A stretch of DNA of 64,000 bases, from NCBI GenBank assembly GCA_049970175.1, contig JBMFNL010000003.1:5652-69651 (forward strand). Direction: 5' to 3'. Every line of letters starts with the position of its first letter. Within the stretch, counting starts at the first letter, position 1. Shown piece after piece: positions 46,205 to 57,568 of this stretch. Source of the stretch: Chloroflexia bacterium. Lineage in GTDB: Bacteria; Chloroflexota; Chloroflexia; DTKN01. Made by a program: the position numbers and the translations under genes. Under the pieces are notes generated by a model. The model was not told where the DNA came from and did not search any database. It worked only from the letters and a program-made list of their open reading frames with translations.

Positions 46205-47717
46205 CTTCGCCTCGCCCCGGGCCGACCCGATAGACTTCCCGCGGCGGGCGGGGCAGGCGCGAGGCCAGGGCCCGGCGGTAGAGGTCCACGTATTTGCGCG
46301 CCGAGGCCTCCCAGGAATAGTCCGCCGACATCACCCGCACCATCAGTTGCCGCCAGGTGTCGCGGTACTTGAAGTTCTCCAGGGCGCGGATGATGGTGCC
46401 GTAGAGAGCCCACGGGTCGTAGGCTTGGAAGGCAAAACCGTTTCCGGTGCCGCTCACGGGGTCAAAGTCCTGCACCGTATCGGCCAGGCCGCCGGTGGAG
46501 CGAACGATGGGGATGGAGCCGTAGCGCATGGCGATGAGTTGCCCCAGTCCGCACGGCTCAAAACGCGAGGGCATCAGGAACATATCGCTGCCGGCGTAGA
46601 TTTTCTGGGCCAGGGGAGCGTTGAAGGTCAGGAAGACGGCCACCCGGTCCGGGTAACGCTCGTGAATCTGGCTGAAAAGGTCGTGGTAGCGCTGCTCGCC
46701 GGTGCCCAGGAGGACGAACTGGAGGCGCGTGTGCTGCATGAGCGGGTCGATGATCTGGGCGATCAGGTCAAAGCCCTTCTGGTCGGTCAGGCGGGAGATG
46801 GCGCCGATCAGGGGGATGTGGGGGTCCTCGGCCAGGCCGGCCTCTCGTTGCAGGGCCCGCTTGCACTCGGCCTTGCCGGAGAGGTCGTGCAGGTCGTAGC
46901 GGGCGGCGATGTAGGGGTCGGTGGCCGGGTTGTGTACCTCCGGGTCGATGCCGTTGAGCACGCCGAAGAGCCGGTCGCGCCGGTCGCGGAGAAGGGGGTC
47001 CAGCCGCTCGCCGTACTCGGGGGTCAGGATTTCCTGGGCATACGTTTCGCTGACGGTATTGATGATGTCGGCAAAGTAGATGCCCCGGCCCATCATGTCC
47101 ACCACATTATCCAGGTCGGGAATTTCGGGATGGACGATGAAGCCGTATTCGTCGATGCCGGCGATCTCCAGGACGCGGTAGCCAAAAATGCCCTGATAGG
47201 CCAGGTTGTGGATGGTGTAGAGGGTGGCCGTGTCTTTGTAGAAGGGGTCGTTTTTGTAGATCGTCTTCAGCCAGTTGGGGACGATGGCGGTGTGCCAGTC
47301 GTGGCAGTGAATCACCTGGGGCTGCCAGCCCAAAAGTTTCATCGCCTCCAGGATGGCCCGGCAGAAGAAGATGAAGCGCTCGGCATCGTCGGGGTACATG
47401 TAGATGCCCTCGCGGTCGTAGAAGTGGGCGTTCTCGACCATATAGACCGGGACCTCCTCGCCGATGGTGCCCTGGAGGAGGCCGGCCTCCATCGTCTGAT
47501 CGTCCATGGGCACGGGGAAGGATTCCAGCACCGTCTTCAGGCCGAACTTTTCCCGGTCGATGCGCCCATAGCGGGGCATGCCCACGCGGACGTCCACGCC
47601 CAGTTTCTTCAGGGCCTTGGGCAGTGAACCGGCCACATCGGCCAGGCCGCCGGTTTTGGCAAAGGGCACCACCTCGGCCGCCAGAAAAAGCACCCGCAAA
47701 GGCTCTTGGGCTTCCAC
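46194..47717 (-). CDS. glgA: Glycogen synthase
   Basis: EVVPFAKTGGLADV, HCHDWH, TIHNLAYQG, SRLTDQKG, MPSRFEPCGL, TGGLADTV. GTG start after GAGGAGG. Confidence 0.96.
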   Translation of the reverse strand: MEAQEPLRVLFLAAEVVPFAKTGGLADVAGSLPKALKKLGVDVRVGMPRYGRIDREKFGLKTVLESFPVPMDDQTMEAGLLQGTIGEEVPVYMVENAHFYDREGIYMYPDDAERFIFFCRAILEAMKLLGWQPQVIHCHDWHTAIVPNWLKTIYKNDPFYKDTATLYTIHNLAYQGIFGYRVLEIAGIDEYGFIVHPEIPDLDNVVDMMGRGIYFADIINTVSETYAQEILTPEYGERLDPLLRDRRDRLFGVLNGIDPEVHNPATDPYIAARYDLHDLSGKAECKRALQREAGLAEDPHIPLIGAISRLTDQKGFDLIAQIIDPLMQHTRLQFVLLGTGEQRYHDLFSQIHERYPDRVAVFLTFNAPLAQKIYAGSDMFLMPSRFEPCGLGQLIAMRYGSIPIVRSTGGLADTVQDFDPVSGTGNGFAFQAYDPWALYGTIIRALENFKYRDTWRQLMVRVMSADYSWEASARKYVDLYRRALASRLPRPPREVYRVGPGRGEDVA

Positions 47718-47763
47718 GTGTTCCTCCTCGGCCACAGCGAAGAACCGACCTTTCCGGCCGGCC

Positions 47764-47792
47764 ATTGTACTATATCTCCTCTCGACGCGCAA
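47764..47792 (-). promoter_or_regulatory. glgA promoter
   Basis: TTGCGC-17 nt-TACAAT on the minus strand. Confidence 0.6.
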
Positions 47793-47861
47793 ATCAACGG
47801 TGAACGGCCGGAGAACGGACACCCGCCACCGTCGCAGACGAGTGAATAACGGTAGAGAAAT

Positions 47862-47890
47862 TTGACGAAATGGGAAAAGACGTGTATAAT
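47862..47890 (+). promoter_or_regulatory. Promoter upstream of the lipoprotein pair
   Basis: TTGACG-17 nt-TATAAT with extended TG. Confidence 0.75.
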
Positions 47891-48057
47891 GATCGTAGTT
47901 CCCCCGCCTGCATCGGTAACCCGGGCATGCCGGTGTGGAGCCAGGAATCGGGTTGATCCACCCGGAGCCGAACCAACGGGGCCATCTGCCCGGCAGACAG
48001 CCAGCCCAATGCGAGAGCGGCGGCAGGGTGGACCGACCGGGTTGGCCGGAGGTGATT

Positions 48058-48387
48058 GTGCGTACCATTGTTGGGTGGCTTTCCCTCTTTCTGCTCCTGG
48101 GGACGTTCCTCCTTTCGGCCTGCGGAAGTGGGGAAGCGTCCACGTTGGTGGGGAAGTGGTCCGACGCCAGCGGCCAGGCGGTGTTCGAATTTCGGGCCGA
48201 CGGCAAACTGAGCATGACGGCCGGAGACATCACCGTGGAGGCCGGCACGTACCAGGTGCTGAGCCCGGGCGTCCTGGAACTGGACGTTCAGGGCCAGAGA
48301 CAGCGCCTGGCTTATACCATCGCCGGGGACCGGCTGACCCTGACCGACGAAGCCGGCATTACCCTGGAATTGGTCAGGGTGAAGTAG
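48058..48387 (+). CDS. Small lipoprotein, lipocalin-like beta-barrel
   Basis: GGAGGTG RBS, GTG start, lipobox LLSAC, LVGKW, FEFRADGKL, GTY. Confidence 0.78.
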   Translation: MRTIVGWLSLFLLLGTFLLSACGSGEASTLVGKWSDASGQAVFEFRADGKLSMTAGDITVEAGTYQVLSPGVLELDVQGQRQRLAYTIAGDRLTLTDEAGITLELVRVK

Positions 48388-48558
48388 GGGCAAGAGGTCG
48401 ACCTGCAACCGCACCGCCCTGCTTAGCGTAATACCGATGGGTTGCGCAGCCGATGGTCTCTCCCCCACCGAGCCCTGGAAGGCTGTGTATCCCGCCGCCG
48501 GATCTTATAGAACAGCAAGGCCCAGCCTTGCCTGAGCCAACCTCGAGGAGGATGTGTG

Positions 48559-48915
48559 ATGAAAAAGCGTGTCCTGGTACTGGTATCGGTCCTGTTCGTC
48601 GTCCTGTTGCTCCTCTCGGCCTGCGGCGGCGGGGCGACTTCGCTCGTGGGCAAGTGGTCGGCCACCGAGCCTTCCTCGGGAACAAAGATCATCACCATCG
48701 AGTTCAAAGCCGATGGAAAACTGGCCATGGGCTCGGGGGATCTCGTCCTCGATGTGGGCACCTACAAGGTCCTCAGCGCCAGCCAGGTGGAACTGGCAAT
48801 GGACTTTATGGGGACCCAGCAGACCCAGACGCTCAACTACCGCTTCGAGGGAGCCAAACTCATCCTGAGCGATCCGACCGACCCATCCGGCACCCTCGAA
48901 CTGACGCGGGAGTAG
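48559..48915 (+). CDS. Small lipoprotein, paralog of the upstream gene
   Basis: MKKR signal, LLSAC, LVGKW, IEFKADGKL, GTYKVLS. Confidence 0.82.
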   Translation: MKKRVLVLVSVLFVVLLLLSACGGGATSLVGKWSATEPSSGTKIITIEFKADGKLAMGSGDLVLDVGTYKVLSASQVELAMDFMGTQQTQTLNYRFEGAKLILSDPTDPSGTLELTRE

Positions 48916-48932
48916 CCCCAGTTCGCACCGCC

Positions 48933-48970
48933 CCTTTGTCCTCTTCGACCGGCGGCGCAGAGGACAAAGG
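48933..48970. terminator. Inverted repeat between convergent genes (probable terminator)
   Basis: CCTTTGTCCTCT...AGAGGACAAAGG, 12-bp perfect stem. No clear U tract. Confidence 0.5.
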
Positions 48971-49164
48971 AGGCGGATCCGCCGGCCTGAGGGACGTTGC
49001 CACCGGTGCGAGGGGGCTTCCCCAATAGACACCGGAGGTTCCGAAGAGCCATCGCCCAGCGGTGGCTCTTTCCTTTAGAGGTAGAATCCCCCATCGGACA
49101 GGCACCAACCGAAAGGTAGGGGACGCCTTTCCCCGGAGGAGCCGCCTCCCGAGGAAAATCCTTC

Positions 49165-49660
<496 letters not shown>

Positions 49661-49677
<17 letters not shown>

Positions 49678-50440
49678 GTTCGCTCCACCATTCGGGATGT
49701 CCTTCCCAGGCGGAAGCCGTGTCGCTCCGTCTTCGGATCCGGATGGGGCCAAAGAGTTCCTCCTGTTCGATGAGAATCCAGCCGCGTTTGAACAGTTCCA
49801 GGACGGCCCAGAAGGTCACCACCACCTCCTCCCGGCTGGATGCTTCCGCCAGCAACTCCTGGAAGGAAACTTCCGGGCAGGCGTACAGTCGCTCGTGAAT
49901 CAGGCGGGCCTTTTCCACCAGGGTCACCCGGGCGGACGGCGGGCGCGGCCGCTCCTCCTCCTCCGCAGCGAGTTCCGCAAGCCGGCGCTGCAGGGCCACC
50001 AGGAGGGCCTCCAGACTGACCCCCTCCAGTTCGGCCGGCCGGGGTGATGGAAGCGCCGTGGGAGCGACCCGCCCCCAGGTCCGCCATCCGGCCTTCAGCC
50101 GCTCCTCCAGAAACGCGGCTGCTCGCCGATACCTCCGGTACTCCTGCAGCCGGCGCACCAGGTCCTCCCCGACGTCCTCTTCCACCTCCTCAACGGCCAG
50201 CGGCGGTCGAGGCAACAGGACCCGCGACTTGATCCAGAGGAGACGGGCCGCCACCCACAAAAAGGCCGAAAGTTCCGCCGGATCGCGCCGGGGCAGACGG
50301 GAAAGATACGCCAGAAACTGGTTGGTCACCTGCGCCAGAGCGATCTGGGTGATGTCCAGTTCCTCCTTTTCGATCAGGTACAGCAGGAGGTCCAGCGGCC
50401 CACGAAAGACCTGGGTCTCGACCACATATCCAGTCACCAT
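49661..50440 (-). CDS. scpA: SMC-Scp complex subunit ScpA
   Basis: [48 protein letters not shown]. Confidence 0.95.
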
Positions 50441-50521
50441 GGCCGGTTTCTCCACTCCGCCAACCTCACCACGGACGGCTTGATTGTACCATACTTTCCC
50501 CGGCTGTAAAATGCGCCGAAT

Positions 50522-50549
50522 TTGACAACTCCTCCCTTTGTGGTATAAT
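50522..50549 (+). promoter_or_regulatory. Promoter of the ABC exporter operon
   Basis: TTGACA-16 nt-TATAAT with extended TG. A divergent scpA promoter (TTTACA..TACAAT) lies at 50483-50510. Confidence 0.75.
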
Positions 50550-50675
50550 ACACATTGCAGCGTGGGGCGGCCCTTACGGCGACGGGAAAATGCCGTAGTG
50601 GGACCTACCTGTTTGCCCGCAACAGGTAGCGGGCAAATTGCTTTTATGGGGACTTTTCCCCACCGGAGCAACGAT

Positions 50676-52470
50676 ATGGCGACGGCAGCCGCCTTCGATC
50701 TGAAGAAAACGCTCTCCCAGAACCATCTCCTGGGCCTCTGGCGGATGATGGCCGGCTTCCGCTGGACCTACCTGGGGGCCACCCTCAGCCTGGGCGTGGC
50801 CGCGGTGGCCAAGACGTCCACCTTCTGGCTTCTGCGCTACCTGGTGGACGACGTGCTGGGCCGGGGACGCGGGGGGATGATCCTTCTCTACATCGCGCTC
50901 GGCTTCCTGGGCCTGGCTCTGGTCGAGGGCACCTTCACCTTCCTCAGCGGGAAACTTGCGGCCCAGACGGCCGAGGGCATCGCCCGCCGCCTGCGCAACT
51001 ACCTCTTTGACCATATCCAGCGGCTCTCCTTCACCTACCACGACCACATGCCCACCGGCGAACTGATTCAGCGGTGTACCTCGGACGTGGACACCATCCG
51101 CCGCTTCTTTGCCGACCAGGCCATCAATGCCGGCCGCATCCTCATCCTGTTCGCCGTCAACCTGGCCGCCCTGCTCAGCCTGAACGTGCCGCTGACGCTC
51201 CTTTCCCTCGCCATCATCCCGGTCATCATCGGCGTCTCGGTGGTCTTTTTCCGCCAAGTTTCTCGGGTCTATGAGTCCTACCAGGAGCAGGAGGCCGTCC
51301 TCTCCACCACCCTCCAGGAGAACCTGACCGGCGTCCGGGTGGTCAAAGCCTTTGCCCGGCAGGATTACGAACGGAAGCGCTTCGATGCCCAGAATTGGGC
51401 CAAGTTTCTGCGTGGCCGGCGGCTCATCTCCATGCACGCCCTCTACTGGCCGGTCTCCGACGCTCTCTGCGGAATCCAGATGCTGGCCGGCTTTGCCGTG
51501 GGCGCTCTGATGACCATCCAGGGGACGATCACGTTGGGCACCTACCTGGCCTATTCCGGCATGGTGCTCTGGATCATCTGGCCCATGCGCAATCTGGCCC
51601 GGCTGATCGTGCAGATGTCCACCGGGCTGGTCTCCTACGGCCGCGTGGCCGAGATCATCCGGCAGGACCGCGAGCCGCTGGAAGAGGGACGCTTCCCACC
51701 CGAAGGCGACCTGCGGGGGGAAATCGTCTTCCGCAACGTCTGCTTCGAATACGAGGCCGACGCGCCGGTGCTGAAGGACGTCTCCTTCCGCTGTGCACCC
51801 GGTCAGGTGGTGGCCCTCCTGGGTTCCACCGGCTCCGGCAAGACCACGGTGGTCAACCTCCTGCCGCGTTTCTACGATTACACCGGCGGCAGCATCACCC
51901 TGGACGGGGTGGAACTCCGGGACTATCCCCGCCACTACCTCCGCCGGCAGATCGGCATCGTCGAGCAGGAGCCGTTCCTCTTCTCCCGCACCATCCGGGA
52001 GAACATCACCTACGGGGTCGAGCGAGAGGTTTCCCAGGAGGAGGTCGAGGCCGCGGCGCGGGCCGCCGCCATCCATGACGAGATCATGTCGTTTCCCCAG
52101 GGGTATGACACGTTGCTCGGCGAGCGTGGGATCACCCTTTCCGGGGGCCAGAAGCAGCGGGTGGCCATCGCCCGCACCCTGCTCAAGGACCCTCGCATCC
52201 TGATTCTGGACGATTCGACCTCGGCGGTGGATACCGAGACGGAGATGCTCATCCGCCAGGCCCTGGAGCGCCTGATGCAGGGCCGTACCACCCTGATCAT
52301 CGCCCACCGCATTCAGACGGTGATGAACGCCGATCTCATCCTGGTCTTTGACCGGGGGCGCATCGTGCAGCAGGGAAAGCACGAAGAGTTGCTTCGGGAG
52401 GCCGGACCGTACCGGCAGATTTACGAACTCCAGACGCGCATCGAGGCCGAACTGGAAGAAGAGGTGTCCG

Positions 52471-52487
<17 letters not shown>
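50676..52487 (+). CDS. ABC exporter TMD-NBD subunit 1 (MdlA/BmrC-like, degenerate site)
   Basis: Six-TM domain, GSTGSGKT, LSGGQ, Walker B ILDDS (D replaces the catalytic E). Confidence 0.93.
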
Positions 52488-54291
<1,804 letters not shown>

Positions 54292-54292
54292 C

Positions 54293-54343
54293 CGTTGGCA
54301 CGTTGGCACGCACGTTCGCACGTTGCACGTTGGCACGTTGGCG
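54293..54343. repeat. Octamer tandem repeat (CGTTGGCA), about 6 imperfect units
   Basis: cgttggca cgttggca cgca cgttcgca cgttgca cgttggca cgttggcg directly after the stop codon. Confidence 0.85.
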
Positions 54344-54361
54344 CGTGTGGGGGACAGCACG

Positions 54362-55171
54362 ATGGAACGAACGACCGAAGGTCGGGTGGTGTGCCTCTCG
54401 CCGCATCCCGATGATGCCGTTTTCTCCTGTGGGGGGATGCTTTCGGGCTGGCGGGAGATGGGCCGGCCGGTGCAGGTCATCACCGTCTTTGCCGCCTCCT
54501 CCCCGCCGCCGGAGGAACTTTCCCCCCTGGCCCGACTGTTGCATCTGGCCTGGGGCAACCTGCCCGACCCGATGGCCCACCGCCGCCGGGAGGATGCCCG
54601 TGCCCTGAAGGTCCTCGGTTGCACCGGCCGCTGGTGGAAGTACCCCGATGCCATCTACCGCCACCCGTCCTACACCTCCCTGGAAGCGCTTTACCGGCAA
54701 CCCCCCGAGGAAGCGGACCTGGAAAAGGCCCTGCTGCGACGCTGCCGGGCGCTGAAGGCGGACCTCTGGCTCTTTCCCCTGGCGGTGGGGCATCATGTGG
54801 ACCACCAGGTCCTCTTCCGGGTGGGAAGGGCGATGGTGCAGGCCGGCCGGGCGGTGGCCTTTTACGAGGACCTGCCCTACACGGCCTGGGAAGGGGGGCC
54901 GGAGGCGCGTCTGGCGGAAGTGGGCCGGCCGCTTTCCCCGGAGATCATCGAGGTGACGCCCTGGTGGCCGCGCAAGACGGCCGCCGTCTCCTGTTACGCC
55001 TCCCAACTCCCTTCCCTGAGCCGCGCCGGCCTCTCGCTTCAGGAAGCGCTGGAGGGATACGGGGCCTCCTTGCTTCCCGGCGGGTATGCCGAACGGCTGT
55101 GGTGGCCTGAGGACGTTTTCATGGCGGACTTTTTCCGGCGCCCGGAGGCGGAGGTGCGGGGAGAGAGGTGA
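54362..55171 (+). CDS. PIG-L/LmbE family deacetylase
   Basis: LSPHPDDAVFSCGG, RRREDARA, HHVDH, FYEDLPY, YASQ. Confidence 0.9.
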   Translation: MERTTEGRVVCLSPHPDDAVFSCGGMLSGWREMGRPVQVITVFAASSPPPEELSPLARLLHLAWGNLPDPMAHRRREDARALKVLGCTGRWWKYPDAIYRHPSYTSLEALYRQPPEEADLEKALLRRCRALKADLWLFPLAVGHHVDHQVLFRVGRAMVQAGRAVAFYEDLPYTAWEGGPEARLAEVGRPLSPEIIEVTPWWPRKTAAVSCYASQLPSLSRAGLSLQEALEGYGASLLPGGYAERLWWPEDVFMADFFRRPEAEVRGER

Positions 55172-55491
55172 AATCCCAAAACTTGACCTCCATGCGGCCG
55201 TGCACCTCGGCGCCGAGTATGGTATAATGGTTTCCGCGATCCATGAACGGCCCTGCTTGGGGTCAAGTACACAGTTTCGCCGGTTCGTATCGAGTACCCT
55301 GGCCGAACGAGCGGAAAATCATCCGGTATTTGGGCCTTCAACCCGGAACGTTCAACGACTAGGGCCTCGTCGGCCATCGTTTCCGATCGCCCAACCAGCC
55401 GGAGAAAGGAGGCTCGATGGCCTTTTGCTAAAGTGTACCGGCCGACGGGCCGGCAAAGCCCGCTTGAGAACGTCCAGAAAGGAGCACCGAC

Positions 55492-56922
55492 ATGGCAGGA
55501 CACATGCTGCCCTTTCCCAAAGGGAAAGAGGTCTGGGCCTCCCAGGTGAACAATGACCCCAACCCCTCCCACGGACCGGGCACCAAGATGGCCTGGGCTT
55601 TTGATTTCAACCTAGGCGTAGGCAACGAGGACGAAGGGGAGGTCATCGTCGCCGCGGCCGGCGGGACCGTGGTCAAGGTGCGGGAAAGCACTTCCGATGA
55701 CACCTGCGGCGGAAGCGAATATTCCGGCCGGGCCAACTACATCCTGATTCGCCACGACGAAGGCGGCTGCGACCTCTACCTCCATCTGATGCAGGGCAGC
55801 GTCAGCCGTTTCGGCCTCCAGGTGGGCAGCCGAGTGGTGCGAGGGCAGGAAATCGGCCTCCTGGGTAAGACCGGCTGGACCGGCTGTGGTGCCCACCTGC
55901 ACTTTCAACACCAGCGCTGCGGCCTGACCTGCCAGTACCCTTGCCCGGCCATCAACTATTTCCAGCAGTCGGTCGAGGTCACCTTTGACGATGTCCCCGA
56001 ACCCGACCACAAGCCCAGAAAGCGGGTCATCTACGTCTCCCAGAACGAACAGGAGGTGCCGCCCCCGCCTCCGGCCTCCCTCGTGGAGGCGCTCTGGACG
56101 ACAACCTGCCGTCCCTCCGGCGCCGCCTACGATCCCGGACATCCCCTTTTCGCCTATGCCGTTGCCCATCGTCTAGGCGCGCCGCTGGGCCTGCCGCTCC
56201 AGAAGACCCTGAACCAGACGGTTTACGTCATCCAGGTCTTTGCCCGGGATACCCTGTATGCTCCGCAGGAAGACATCGCCAGCGTGGGCCGGATGAGCGA
56301 TCTGCTGAGGGCGCAGGAACCCCTGGGGATGGAACTGCTCCAGGCCACCTTCTCCGCTGCGGGCAGCGTCTTTCACCCTTCCTGGGCCACCCATCTCTAC
56401 TACCTGGAGCAACTCGAAACGCGGCCGCTAGGTGCTCCCCTGGGGCCGGTGCGCACGCTGGAATTCGGCGGAAAGCGTTACGACCTGGAGTTCTTTGCCC
56501 TGGACACGCTCTATACCCTCGTGCCCTACTGGCGCGACATCCGCCGGCTGAGCGACCTCCTGCGGCCGATTGCGCCGCCCCCCGGCCAGGAGTACGACTG
56601 GGCACTGGGTGGAGCCCTTCATCAGATGATGCGGGCCCTTCTCTCGCCCCAATACACGTTCGAGCGCTGGCTGGTGGAGCGGACCTACGAACGGGCCGGA
56701 ATCGCCTTCGATCCGGACAAGGCTCGTTTCTGGTATGCTCTGGGACAGGTGGCCTCCGGCCGTCCCCTGGGCAATCCGCTCGGCGGCGGCCCTTATAACG
56801 GCGAATACGCCGTCGAGGCCGAGGGGATTCGGTATGGTGTGGAAGTCTATGCCGGCGATACCATCTACTGGGCACCGCCGAACTGGCGCGACATCCGCCG
56901 GCTGAGCGACCTGGGGGCCTGA
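55492..56922 (+). CDS. M23 family metallopeptidase with three C-terminal repeats
   Basis: SH...AFDF, AAAGGTV, NYILIRH, YLHL, GQEIG..GKTG..GAHLHF. Repeats containing (P)LG(A/N)PLG and ending in RxSDL. Confidence 0.85.
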   Translation: MAGHMLPFPKGKEVWASQVNNDPNPSHGPGTKMAWAFDFNLGVGNEDEGEVIVAAAGGTVVKVRESTSDDTCGGSEYSGRANYILIRHDEGGCDLYLHLMQGSVSRFGLQVGSRVVRGQEIGLLGKTGWTGCGAHLHFQHQRCGLTCQYPCPAINYFQQSVEVTFDDVPEPDHKPRKRVIYVSQNEQEVPPPPPASLVEALWTTTCRPSGAAYDPGHPLFAYAVAHRLGAPLGLPLQKTLNQTVYVIQVFARDTLYAPQEDIASVGRMSDLLRAQEPLGMELLQATFSAAGSVFHPSWATHLYYLEQLETRPLGAPLGPVRTLEFGGKRYDLEFFALDTLYTLVPYWRDIRRLSDLLRPIAPPPGQEYDWALGGALHQMMRALLSPQYTFERWLVERTYERAGIAFDPDKARFWYALGQVASGRPLGNPLGGGPYNGEYAVEAEGIRYGVEVYAGDTIYWAPPNWRDIRRLSDLGA

Positions 56923-56935
56923 AAATCGTCTGAAG

Positions 56936-57568
56936 ATGGCGAACTGGATTACCCTCAGCCGTCTGCTGCCGCTGGCCCTGACGGTAGTTTTTCTCTACCT
57001 CGATGGGGTGGCTTTTCCATGGGCCGCCGTCCCGCTCATCCTCCTTTTGCTGGTGCTGGACCTGGTGGACGGTGTGGTGGCCCGGCGCACCGGGAGCGTT
57101 TCCCGGCTGGGGAGCGCGCTGGATGTGGCGATGGACCGCCTGGTCGAATTTCTCCTCTGGGTCTGTTTCTCCGACCTGCGGCTCATTCCGGTGTGGGTGC
57201 CCCTGGTGGTGATCACGCGAGGGCTGATCGTGGATGCCGTTCGTGCCCTGGTCCTGGCCCAGGGGGAGACGGCCTTCGGCATGATGCATTCCCGGCTGGG
57301 GCGTTTCCTGGTCTCCTCTCGTTTTATGCGCGATTTCTACGGCGTGACCAAGACGTGCGCCTTTCTGGCTCTGGCCGGTGTACACGCCCTGCGCCGCCAG
57401 GTGGCCTGGACGGGGGCGACCCCGGCGCTCCTGGGGGCAGTGCTGTGGCTCTATCCCGCCGGGTACGCCCTGACGGTGCTGGCGGTGGTCCTGTGCTTGG
57501 CCCGGGGCATCCCGGTCCTCTTCGATGCCCGTGCCGTTCTCCGGCGTGGCCTGCCCGACGACCGATGA
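56936..57568 (+). CDS. CDP-alcohol phosphatidyltransferase (PgsA-like)
   Basis: ANWITLSR, DLVDGVVARR...SRLGSALDVAMDR. Confidence 0.9.
   Translation: MANWITLSRLLPLALTVVFLYLDGVAFPWAAVPLILLLLVLDLVDGVVARRTGSVSRLGSALDVAMDRLVEFLLWVCFSDLRLIPVWVPLVVITRGLIVDAVRALVLAQGETAFGMMHSRLGRFLVSSRFMRDFYGVTKTCAFLALAGVHALRRQVAWTGATPALLGAVLWLYPAGYALTVLAVVLCLARGIPVLFDARAVLRRGLPDDR

Noticed and set aside
49095-49135. c-di-GMP-I riboswitch-like GGCA..CC GAAA GG..GGACGC
   Set aside because: It lacks the GCAAA elements and the second stem, and there is no downstream gene on that strand.
54293-54343. CRISPR array
   Set aside because: The 8-nt tandem units have no spacers, and no cas genes are in the window.
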